From an uncultured cyanobacterium (GTDB taxonomy: Bacteria; Cyanobacteriota; Cyanobacteriia; Cyanobacteriales; CAWCAG01), in NCBI GenBank assembly GCA_963793425.1, contig CAWCAG010000009.1, forward strand, positions 832,001 to 896,000: 64,000 bases of DNA, given 5' to 3'. The position numbers and the translations under genes were made by a program. Below, in pieces: positions 1-8,845 of this stretch. Position 1 is the first letter of the stretch. The number at the start of each line of letters is the position of its first letter. The notes under the pieces were generated by a model that had not been told where the DNA came from, did not search any database, and was given only the letters and a program-made list of their open reading frames with translations.

Positions 1-284
1 GTGCTAAAATTATTGGCCCCACTATGATTGGCCCCAGTTGTTGGGTTTGTAAAGGAGCAACGGTAGACAAAAGTGTTATTTTTGAATACTCCCGTTTAGG
101 GCCTGGGGTACGGTTAGTTGATAAGCTAGTGTTTGGACGTTACTGCGTTGATAAGACAGGTACAGCTATTGATGTCCGGGCAGCAGCTTTAGATTGGTTA
201 ATTACCGACACTCGCCAAAGTTTGCCCACAGATGAACCTCAAGAACGTAAAGCGATTGAGGATTTATTAGGGCAGGAAATTTAA
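1..284 (+). CDS. C-terminal part of NDP-sugar pyrophosphorylase (CugP-like / mannose-1-P guanylyltransferase family), runs off window start
   Basis: Frame open from base 3; KIIGPTMIGPSCW...SVIFEYSRLGPGVRLVDKLVFGRYCVDK...AALDWLITD is the typical cyanobacterial C-terminus of this family. Confidence 0.8.
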   Translation, partial: AKIIGPTMIGPSCWVCKGATVDKSVIFEYSRLGPGVRLVDKLVFGRYCVDKTGTAIDVRAAALDWLITDTRQSLPTDEPQERKAIEDLLGQEI

Positions 285-302
285 AGGGAGATTGAGGAGT
301 AA

Positions 303-327
303 TAGGTAATGGGTAATGGGTAATGGG
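303..327. repeat. Heptamer tandem repeat (GGTAATG)n, STRR-like
   Basis: taggtaat-gggtaat-gggtaat-ggg between convergent genes. Confidence 0.7.
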
Positions 328-362
328 TTCACGAACTCCGTTGCCATAAAGTTCGAGTAGAT

Positions 363-1373
363 TCAAGACTTATTACCCCACTCCCTCATACTAGACAAAG
401 ATACATTACCACCACTGATAATCACGCCAATTTTTGCTTTGGGATAGGTTACAACTCCTTGAAGTAAAGCGGCGGCAGCTAAGCAACCTGTAGGTTCTAC
501 AACAATCTTTAAGCGCTCCCACAGGAAGAACATCGTACTGATAATTGCTTCTTCTGAGACAGTTACCATATCATCAACATAATGCAATACCAAAGGGAAG
601 TTAATCTCTCCTAAACAAGGAGTCCTTGCCCCATCAGCAATGGTATCAGGGTTGTTTACTTTGTGCAAAACCCCAGTATGAAAAGAACGGGTTGCATCGT
701 CGGCTTGTTTTGGTTCTACACCAATAATTCGACATTGGGGAGAAAGCGTCTTCGCTGCGATCGCACAACCAGATAGCAAACCTCCCCCGCCACAGGGAAC
801 TAATAATAAGTCGATTTCTCCTATTTCTTCAATTAGTTCTTTGGCTGCTGTTCCTTGTCCCGCTACTGTGGGTGCATAGTTATAGGGAGGGATAACCTTC
901 AAACCCTGCTCTGTTGAGATTTCCTGAGTAAGTTTCTCTCGATCTGTTGTGGCTGGATCATAAAGAATTACTTCTGCACCGTAATCACGAGTAGCGGCAA
1001 TTTTTACATCCGGGGCATTGTCCGGCATGATAATGGTGCGGGGAATATCTAAGAGTTTACCAGCTAAGGCGATCGCTTGGGCATGATTCCCTGAAGAGTA
1101 AGTGATTACGCCCCGTTGCTTCTGGCTTGCCGACAAGCTAAATAAGGCATTGTAAGCACCCCGAAATTTAAAAGATCCTGCACGTTGAAAGTTTTCGCAT
1201 TTGAAAAAAACCTCACTATCGGTTTTCTTATTTACAGTAGTGGAAGTAACAACAGGGGTTCGATGCACAATGCCACAACCATTTTTTGCTGCTGTGGCAA
1301 TATCCTTATAGGCAACCGCTAAATTAGATTGATGATTTGGTGTTAATGATGATGTTTCTTTTGTTAAAGTCAT
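363..1373 (-). CDS. PLP-dependent serine/threonine dehydratase family (threo-3-hydroxyaspartate ammonia-lyase-like)
   Basis: FKCENFQRAGSFKFRGA (PLP lysine), SSGNHAQ, PCGGGGL, VVEPTG, ISGGN. Confidence 0.9.
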   Translation of the reverse strand: MTLTKETSSLTPNHQSNLAVAYKDIATAAKNGCGIVHRTPVVTSTTVNKKTDSEVFFKCENFQRAGSFKFRGAYNALFSLSASQKQRGVITYSSGNHAQAIALAGKLLDIPRTIIMPDNAPDVKIAATRDYGAEVILYDPATTDREKLTQEISTEQGLKVIPPYNYAPTVAGQGTAAKELIEEIGEIDLLLVPCGGGGLLSGCAIAAKTLSPQCRIIGVEPKQADDATRSFHTGVLHKVNNPDTIADGARTPCLGEINFPLVLHYVDDMVTVSEEAIISTMFFLWERLKIVVEPTGCLAAAALLQGVVTYPKAKIGVIISGGNVSLSSMREWGNKS

Positions 1374-1554
1374 AAAATAAAATTTGAGGTTGTCATGATT
1401 GATCTTTTGTTGGTATCTGAATCATTCCCACAACTCAAGAGTATTTTTCTACGGAGAAAGTTTCTGAAATTCTCCAGAAACTTAGAAATCGCTATATTAA
1501 AGTGGTACTGTCTTAAGAAAAACAAATCTAAAATTAGGCCAATGGCAGTTTTTT

Positions 1555-1570
1555 TAGTACATTAGTCCTA
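1555..1570. promoter_or_regulatory. Putative LexA (SOS) box upstream of WGR gene
   Basis: TAGTAC-ATTA-GTCCTA; one mismatch to cyanobacterial consensus RGTACNNNDGTWCB; 28 bp before ATG. Confidence 0.45.
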
Positions 1571-1598
1571 AAGTGCTGCCAACTTCCAGGTAAAGGTT

Positions 1599-4500
1599 AT
1601 GGAATTAATCAAACAAACCAAACTCCACTACCAAGCAGAAAATTCTGACAAAGTTTACGAAGTTGATTTAAGTTGTGTAGGGGAAGATCGTTATTTAGTT
1701 AACTTTCGCTACGGTAAGCGGGGTGGCAATTTAAAAGAGGGAACCAAAACAACAGAACCTATACCTTTGGCTGAAGCAGAAAAAACTTTTACTAAGTTAG
1801 TGGCTTCTAAAACGAAGAAGGGCTACGAAGAGGTTAGTCAACAGCAAGGTAAAGCTGAACCTAAGCAGATAAATAAGGAGTCACGTAACCAAGCGATTAT
1901 AACTCGTTTGGCTAATGGTAGTGATAATAAATGGGCTTTAGATCGGGTAATTTGGCGGGCTGGGGAACTAAAAATCCAAGCAGCAACACCTTTGTTGATG
2001 ACTCTTTTAGGTACAGGGGAACCTTTGCGGGATTACTCCATTGCTTGGAGTTTAGGTTGGTGTGGTGATGAAACTACTATTCCGCTATTACAAGAGTTAT
2101 GGCAAAATGATTCTCAGCCAGAGTTTGTACGACGCATTGCTTGGGAAGCAGCTTACAAGCTGGCAAATGCAGAGTGTCAAGACAGGATGAGGCAAGATAA
2201 GTTACGAGAGTTACCAACATCGTTGTTTGAGTTAGCCAGTGGTGGTTTGGCAATAGACTTTCAGCAAAGGCTTGAGGAGTATTTGCATGATGGTAGTCAT
2301 GAGAATTTTGCGGTGATTGATACCATCTACCAAATTGATAATGAGTTTGTCCGTCCTGCCTTACTCCATATTTTGCGTACAGCTAATTTTGTTCCTAACT
2401 ATTTCCGTAGCATTCGTCATATTTTCAAGATGGCTGAATACCGTCGTGACGGGGAATTTTTGGGAATTATTGCCTATCGCTTGGAAACAGAAAAAGCGAT
2501 GTATCATAGTAATAATTGGGGAGTTTATCACAAAGACATTGGTTATTTGCGTACAAGCAATAGGCAGTGGAATCAGGAAACTCGTAGTTATGAGGAACTT
2601 GAACAAAGTCCTTTTCAGCAAGAGATGCAACGTCCTGATGCCAGAATAGCTTATAGCAGTGCAACCCGTGAATATTTGCAACGGCGAGTATGGCGGACTT
2701 TGCGACGTTTGGGACAAGATGCAGAAACAGACTATGCTCCCTTAGCAACAGGGGTGTTGTTACAATACAGCGATGCAGATGCTCAAGGAGTTAAGAAGGG
2801 AACTTACTATCGTTGGGATAGTGCTAGCCGTACTTATCATAGTTTTACAAGTGATTGGGATGCTTTTGCTGGTTATTTAACTTTCAACCACATTCTTTAT
2901 ACTAATAGCCCTCGCTACTTTTTACCATCTAACCGTCAAGCATGGCGTTGTCAGCAAGGTTATAAACCCGGTGATCCTATACCAGAAGTGAGGGAAGAAG
3001 CCTTTCCGGAATTATGGGAACAACAGCCAGAATTTTTATTGCGATTGTTGTCACAAAGTGATTGCACTCCGGTACATGACTTTGCAGCGAAAGCATTACG
3101 GTGTTGTACAGCTTTTTGTGGGGAAATAGATACAGCAAATTTAATTACCTTAATCAACAAACCCTACTTAGCTACTACCCAACTAGCATTTGCATTAATC
3201 CGCGATCGCTACAACCCAGACGAACCTAATTTGGAGTTAGTATTAGCTATAATTAATTGTAACTTTCAAGAAGCTAGGGAACAAGGCTATGAATGGATTG
3301 AAGTACAAAAGGAATACTTTCTGGCGGTAGATGGTTTCCTGGTTGGTTTAATTACTAGTTCCTACCCCGATAGCCGAAGTTTTACTCGCCGTTTGTTAAG
3401 TACAATAACCTTGAGGGATGACCATGCTAAAATCTTAATCGCCCAAGTTATTGCCGCTTTGTTAGCCTTATCTTCGGAACAAGGGGAGCTAGCACAAGAT
3501 ATTGCGGAAACCTTACTAATTAGTTTCCCTTCGCAACTGCGTACCCTTGGTTTTGGTGTCATTGAAGACTTACTTGCCTCTCCCTTAGTAGAAGTACAGG
3601 TTGTGGGGGCAACAATTCTTTTACATCATCAAATTGCCCGAGCAGATTTGCCTCCTCATTTATTAGAGTCTCTTCTCGCTTCTGGCTATGAACAAGTAAG
3701 AACAATTGGAGTCAGGTTATTTGGGCAATTACCAGATGAAATCTTAAGGGGTGATCGCCTCTTCCTCGTGGCAATGGCGGTTAATTCTAGTTCTGATATT
3801 CGTAAGGCTATTCGTTCTGTCATTAGGCGTATAACTACCGGACAGAGAGATTTTGCTTTGCAGTTGGCTACAGATTTACTTGATTTATTGGTGGAACCGG
3901 AAAGCCATGAAGGGGTACACAAAGATTTAGTCAACCTGTTGCAACAAGAAATTCCCTATTGGCAAAGTAGCATTAGTCGTTCTCGAACTATGGAACTACT
4001 ATGCAGTAAGTCTTCTGTGGTACAAGAGTTAGGGGGAATTTTATTACAAGAAAATCATTCCCGCTTTCTCAATGAATTTAGTACCAGGGAGATTGTCCAA
4101 CTTGCTAACCAGGAAATTTTAGCAGTGCGGCAAGCTGCTTGGGAAATGTTTAGTGCCAGTTTATCTCGCATTCGCAGCAATCCAGAAGAAATGTTAGTGG
4201 CAGTGCGTTTATTAGAAGCGAAGTGGGAAGACTCACGGCAGTTTGCTTTGCAGGTTTTTGAGGATTTTAGAGAAGAAGATTGGACACCGGATGTTATGGT
4301 GAGTGTTTGTGATAGTACTAATGAAAAAGCGCGGCGGTTTGGTAGGGATTTACTCAGTCGCTATTTCCAACCGAATTATGGTTATCAATACCTACTTAAA
4401 TTTAGCGAACATCCTAGTAAGGATATGCAAAAGTTCGCCACTAATTATTTAGAAAGTTATGCTCAGAATAATCCAGAAAGGCTAGAGCAATTATCTCCCT

Positions 4501-4754
4501 ATTTCATCACAGTTTTATCTGGTGTTAATTGTGGCAGAGTAGCCAAGGAACGGATTTTTAATTTCCTAGCAACTGAGGCGGAAAAAAGTCGAGAAGTGGC
4601 TACGACTGTGGCTAAAATCCTCACTAGGCAGTCCTTAACAGTGGTAATTAAAGATAAGGCAAAAGCGATTGAAACAATGTTAAAAATCAAGAAGCAATAT
4701 CCCAATATTGACTTACCAATTCAAGTTAAGGAGGTGATGCTCATTAAACATTAA
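1599..4754 (+). CDS. WGR-domain protein with HEAT/ARM repeats
   Basis: N-terminal SDKVYEVDL...VNFRYGKRG...K.KKGY (WGR), followed by about 950 aa of helical HEAT-like repeats (IWRAGEL, IAWSLGWCG). Confidence 0.85.
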   Translation: MELIKQTKLHYQAENSDKVYEVDLSCVGEDRYLVNFRYGKRGGNLKEGTKTTEPIPLAEAEKTFTKLVASKTKKGYEEVSQQQGKAEPKQINKESRNQAIITRLANGSDNKWALDRVIWRAGELKIQAATPLLMTLLGTGEPLRDYSIAWSLGWCGDETTIPLLQELWQNDSQPEFVRRIAWEAAYKLANAECQDRMRQDKLRELPTSLFELASGGLAIDFQQRLEEYLHDGSHENFAVIDTIYQIDNEFVRPALLHILRTANFVPNYFRSIRHIFKMAEYRRDGEFLGIIAYRLETEKAMYHSNNWGVYHKDIGYLRTSNRQWNQETRSYEELEQSPFQQEMQRPDARIAYSSATREYLQRRVWRTLRRLGQDAETDYAPLATGVLLQYSDADAQGVKKGTYYRWDSASRTYHSFTSDWDAFAGYLTFNHILYTNSPRYFLPSNRQAWRCQQGYKPGDPIPEVREEAFPELWEQQPEFLLRLLSQSDCTPVHDFAAKALRCCTAFCGEIDTANLITLINKPYLATTQLAFALIRDRYNPDEPNLELVLAIINCNFQEAREQGYEWIEVQKEYFLAVDGFLVGLITSSYPDSRSFTRRLLSTITLRDDHAKILIAQVIAALLALSSEQGELAQDIAETLLISFPSQLRTLGFGVIEDLLASPLVEVQVVGATILLHHQIARADLPPHLLESLLASGYEQVRTIGVRLFGQLPDEILRGDRLFLVAMAVNSSSDIRKAIRSVIRRITTGQRDFALQLATDLLDLLVEPESHEGVHKDLVNLLQQEIPYWQSSISRSRTMELLCSKSSVVQELGGILLQENHSRFLNEFSTREIVQLANQEILAVRQAAWEMFSASLSRIRSNPEEMLVAVRLLEAKWEDSRQFALQVFEDFREEDWTPDVMVSVCDSTNEKARRFGRDLLSRYFQPNYGYQYLLKFSEHPSKDMQKFATNYLESYAQNNPERLEQLSPYFITVLSGVNCGRVAKERIFNFLATEAEKSREVATTVAKILTRQSLTVVIKDKAKAIETMLKIKKQYPNIDLPIQVKEVMLIKH

Positions 4755-4901
4755 ACATTTATCGTTAGAGGTATTTCAGCCATATTCTTGTTTCTGGGCA
4801 AGTAGTTTGAGAAATATATAGCAATTTTGATTAAGAAGTTACAATAACTTTACAGCTTGCCATTACTGCAAGCTTAATATTAACTGACTAATAATTAACT
4901 T

Positions 4902-5072
4902 ATGTTTGGTTTAGGCTGGCCCGAAATTGCTCTGATTGGATTTGCTGCACTGCTTATCTTTGGCCCCAAAAAGATTCCTGAACTAGGCGGGGCTTTAGGC
5001 AAAACTTTAAGGGGTTTCAAAGAGGAAATAGAAGACCCCCAAGAAGATGTTACCGACATTGAAGCAGACTAA
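4902..5072 (+). CDS. tatA: Twin-arginine translocase subunit TatA/TatE (56 aa, not in ORF track)
   Basis: Hand translation MFGLGWPEIALIGFAALLIFGPKKIPELGGALGKTLRGFKEEIEDPQEDVTDIEAD*; FGPKK.PE.G..LG...RGFK signature. Confidence 0.95.
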   Translation: MFGLGWPEIALIGFAALLIFGPKKIPELGGALGKTLRGFKEEIEDPQEDVTDIEAD

Positions 5073-5079
5073 GAGAATA

Positions 5080-5553
5080 CTACTCTTCGTCCCCATCCAT
5101 CATAGAGGGGTCGATTAAGGTAATATCATAGGGATCGTCGCTGGGAGGGGCAGTAGGTAACGCTGAACGACGAGGCAATTCTACCTCTCCTCTCAACTGA
5201 TAAACAGCCATTACGTGGGGCGCAAAAACGATCTGGTCTCCGTTAGTAAGATTGTGGGATTGAAGCTTAATATCATTAATCCTTAGCCCATTGACGCTCA
5301 CTTTACCTTGAGAGTCGCCATCAATAATTTGGTAGTAAACGCTGCCATCTTCCTGGGATTTCCTTACCAAAGTTGCGTGGCGGCGAGAAATAGACGAAGA
5401 ATACAACTTAGAATAAAGGCGAATATCGCACTTTTTTTCCCTACCAATAGAATAGACAGGTTTATCCAAGAGAACCTCTCTTTTCCCTTTGTCGTCTTCG
5501 ACGATAAATAAATGCTCTCGATCTTGTTTTGCCGATTTCACAGCCATTAGCAA
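5080..5553 (-). CDS. FHA domain protein
   Basis: YSIGR...CDIRL...ISRRHATL...S.NG...L..GD.I; ATG at 5547 is an alternative start. Confidence 0.9.
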   Translation of the reverse strand: MLMAVKSAKQDREHLFIVEDDKGKREVLLDKPVYSIGREKKCDIRLYSKLYSSSISRRHATLVRKSQEDGSVYYQIIDGDSQGKVSVNGLRINDIKLQSHNLTNGDQIVFAPHVMAVYQLRGEVELPRRSALPTAPPSDDPYDITLIDPSMMDGDEE

Positions 5554-5736
5554 TTGCTCGTGCAGTTAATTAGTTGATTAGAGATGACTTTATTTTTAGC
5601 TCAGTTGAGCCAATTAAGCTACCTCTAAACAGCATCCTTATTTTAATACAGTATACTTTTGTTCCTTAATAACGCCTAGAGACACTCCTGATTCTATACA
5701 GTTGCTCATTGTAATCAATCTGTAATGCGAAGAAAT

Positions 5737-8052
5737 CTAGCTTAAGAAAGAACGGCGTAAAAGTAAAGAATTTGTCACAACTATAACTGAACTAGCAGCC
5801 ATCAAACCTCCTGCTAAACCAGGACTCAGGACAAAACCCCAGTGTGGTAGTAAGATTCCTGCGGCGATAGGAATGGCAAAGGTGTTGTAACCAAGGGCCC
5901 AAAATAAATTTTGGCGAATTTTATTTAAGGTAGCTAAACTAAGACGCAGAGACTCAACGACATTAAATAAGTTTTCTTGCATCAAAATAATCCCGGCGGT
6001 TTCCATCGCTACATCTGTACCTCCTTGTAAAGATATACCTACATCTGCTTGTGCTAAGGCCGGGGCATCATTAATACCATCCCCAACCATAGCAACTACT
6101 TGAGATTCTTGTAGAGATTTAATGATGGCAGCTTTTTGCTCAGGTTTAATCCCGGCAAAAACTTGGGTGATGCCCAATTCTGTTGCTACTTGCTCTGCGA
6201 CTCCTTGGCGATCGCCTGTTAAGAGTATGACTTCTAAACCCCGTTTATGGAGCTTAGCGATGGTTTCTTTAGCTTGGGGACGTAATTTATCTTTTAAGGC
6301 AATTAACCCCGTCAATTCGCCATTTATAGAGCAGTAGACGACGGTTTTACCTGTTGTTGCTAAAGTAGTAACTTTCGCTTCTACTTGCCCATCTACAGGA
6401 ATACCTTGGCTTTCTAACCAAGCAAAATTTCCTAACACCACTTGTTCACCGTTCACTATTGCAGTAATACCCTGTCCCGGTTCAGTATGGAAGTTATCAG
6501 ATTTTAATAAGCTTAACTCCCTCAAATGGGCTTCTTGCAGAATTGCTGTAGCGAGGGGATGATTCGTACCACTTTCTGCTGAAGCTACAATTTGTAGTAA
6601 CTGGTCTGAACTTAGGGAAGTTAAAGATAGACAATCTGTTACCGTGGGATGACCTTGGGTTAAAGTGCCAGTTTTATCAAAAACGATACTATCCAACTGG
6701 TTGATACGTTCTAGAACATCGCCCCCTTTAATTAAAATGCCCTTTTCTGCCCCAATTCCTGTTCCCACCAAAATTGCTGTGGGAGTAGCTAAACCCAAAG
6801 CGCAGGGACAGGCAATTACTAAAACTGCGATCGCTAATTTCAAACTCAATAGCAAAGGGGAAGTGGCAGTAATAACTAAAACTTGGGGCCAAAGACTAGT
6901 GCCAAGAACATACCAAAAGAAAAAGGTTAAACTAGCTACCGTCATTACTCCATAAGCAAAATATCCTGCTACTTGATCTACTAGTTTCTGCACGGGGGCT
7001 TTGCTAGTTTGGGCGGCTTCTACCAGATTGATAATTTGGGCTAAGGTAGTATTTTTTCCAGTACGAATAGTTTTCAGAATAATTATTCCTGACTGGTTAA
7101 TTGTCCCCGCAACCACCTCTTCCCCCACTTGTTTAAAAACCGGTGCAGCTTCCCCAGTTAACATCCCTTCGTCAACGGTAGTTTCCCCTGCTACGACTTG
7201 CCCATCCACTGGAATCTTATCCCCTGGCAAAACCCTCACCAACTCTCCCTCTTTTACCTGTTCAACGGGAGTTGCCATACCTCTTTGTTCAGTAGTATGG
7301 GGTTGGCTGACTAAGTAAGCCAGGGGAGGTTGCAAGGTTAACAAAGCCCTTAAAGCTGAGGCTGCCCTACCTTTCGCCCTTTGTTCTAAAATTCTCCCTA
7401 ACAAGATAAAACCCAACAACATCACAGGTTCATCAAAAAAGCATTGCCAACCCAATTGTGGAAAAAACAACGCCGCACAACTAGCAAGGTAAGTAGTTAC
7501 AGTTCCCAAGCCCACTAAAGTATTCATATTGGGGATTCTCTGCCACAAACCCCTCGCACCATCCCTAACAATATCCCTACCAGGAAAAAGCAAAGCTAAG
7601 GTTGCCAAAGCCCAATGTAGCCAAATATTACTCAAAAAAGGAATTTTCGGCCCTCCCCAATGTCCTAAATGACCCAAACCAGAGAAAAAGAGTAAAACAG
7701 CAGCGATCGCTAATTGTTGTCTTTGTTGGCGTTTTTCTTGCTTTTGTTTTTCCTCAAGCCTGGTTTTCTGAGCCTCAAACGTCTCATCTTCAGAATTACG
7801 AATGTGGCTAGGAAAACCTTTAGAAGTGAGTTTAGCGGCTAAATCTCCCGGTTGAATTAACTCTGCATCATACTTAACCACAGCCATCTGGGTAACCAAA
7901 TTAACCCAAGCAGAAGCTACCCCTTGGTTTTGGGTTAACTGTCGTTCTACAGAACTAACACAACCTGCACATTTCATCCCCGCTACTTCAAGAGTTACTG
8001 TTTCCAAGCTTTCAGTCGGCTGAGATGGTTGAGTTGGTGAAGATACTTGCAT
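5737..8052 (-). CDS. ctaA: Cu(I)-translocating P1B-type ATPase, CtaA-like
   Basis: GMKCAGC metal-binding domain, CPC, DKTGT, HP, GDGIND, YN and MAASS motifs. Confidence 0.85.
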   Translation of the reverse strand: MQVSSPTQPSQPTESLETVTLEVAGMKCAGCVSSVERQLTQNQGVASAWVNLVTQMAVVKYDAELIQPGDLAAKLTSKGFPSHIRNSEDETFEAQKTRLEEKQKQEKRQQRQQLAIAAVLLFFSGLGHLGHWGGPKIPFLSNIWLHWALATLALLFPGRDIVRDGARGLWQRIPNMNTLVGLGTVTTYLASCAALFFPQLGWQCFFDEPVMLLGFILLGRILEQRAKGRAASALRALLTLQPPLAYLVSQPHTTEQRGMATPVEQVKEGELVRVLPGDKIPVDGQVVAGETTVDEGMLTGEAAPVFKQVGEEVVAGTINQSGIIILKTIRTGKNTTLAQIINLVEAAQTSKAPVQKLVDQVAGYFAYGVMTVASLTFFFWYVLGTSLWPQVLVITATSPLLLSLKLAIAVLVIACPCALGLATPTAILVGTGIGAEKGILIKGGDVLERINQLDSIVFDKTGTLTQGHPTVTDCLSLTSLSSDQLLQIVASAESGTNHPLATAILQEAHLRELSLLKSDNFHTEPGQGITAIVNGEQVVLGNFAWLESQGIPVDGQVEAKVTTLATTGKTVVYCSINGELTGLIALKDKLRPQAKETIAKLHKRGLEVILLTGDRQGVAEQVATELGITQVFAGIKPEQKAAIIKSLQESQVVAMVGDGINDAPALAQADVGISLQGGTDVAMETAGIILMQENLFNVVESLRLSLATLNKIRQNLFWALGYNTFAIPIAAGILLPHWGFVLSPGLAGGLMAASSVIVVTNSLLLRRSFLS

Positions 8053-8186
8053 AGGTTTTGGTGAGGAAGAGATAGTTAAGTACTTATACTTTTGAGGTTA
8101 AGCTAAATCTTCTTTTCCAGCTAGTATTACAGCCTGTCAAACTTGATTTATAATCAAGTATTTTCCATCTTAGGAACAAATCAAAC

Positions 8187-8739
8187 TCATAAAGCTTCAA
8201 TCTCTTGGCGAGAAAGTTGGGTGATTTCCATAATAGTTTCCACATCTAAACCTCTTTGCTTACAAGAACGAGCTATAGCTTTTTTCCCTTGTTCAATACC
8301 TTGTTCAATACCTTGTTCAATACCCTCTTGTCTCCCTCTCTCCCTTGCTTTAATTTCTGCTTGTTCAATTTCCCATTGCGTCTCAAACTCCTGAGTACTC
8401 AACATACTCGCTTCATAACTCTTATTCTCCATATAACGAGAATAGGCCCTCCTTTCTGGTTCTGATAAATTATTGACTCGCAGAGTTTCTTTCGCTTGTA
8501 GCATTCCTTTCGCAGCAAACTCTCAGAATTAATTCCCCTTCTCCAGTTTCAGCGAGAATATCTACCCGATTAGTTTTATCTTCTTGGGTTTGTTGATTGC
8601 CTTCACTCTCAAGAAGAGTTTTAATGGTGAGTTCCTGGTGCAATAATTCACTCAAAAAGCCTTCTAAAACTACATAATTAGCCTTATTACGCAGCAACTT
8701 CTTAATCGCCCAGTCGAAGCGAATATGTGTATTTGGCAT
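8187..8739 (-). pseudogene. Rpn-family PD-(D/E)XK nuclease/putative transposase with large internal deletion
   Basis: N-terminal IRFDWAIKKLLRNKAN...KTNRVDILAE..GELIL joins out of frame to C-terminal EFAAKGMLQAKETL...GIEQGIEQG...IMEITQLSRQEIEAL; the IEVQ catalytic region and middle are absent. Confidence 0.85.
8287..8322. repeat. 12-bp tandem repeat x3 (CCTTGTTCAATA) encoding GIEQ repeats of Rpn tail
   Basis: Three perfect copies seen directly. Confidence 0.9.
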
Positions 8740-8845
8740 CGTCTTATACTGCTTCTGTGGTTTTGGTTCTAGATAAATTTTATCTTAGAGTTAGATATTA
8801 ATTAAAGAGCTGCAAGATGTCATCTAAATGCGTAATAGCTTACCT

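Noticed and set aside
2317..4705. Several short ORFs overlapping the WGR gene
   Set aside because: Alternative-frame or antisense ORFs with no recognisable motifs inside a long coherent CDS.
1374..4900. Complete retron system at the WGR locus
   Set aside because: No reverse transcriptase (no YADD-type motif) or SWIM gene in the window, and no clear a1/a2 repeat pair.
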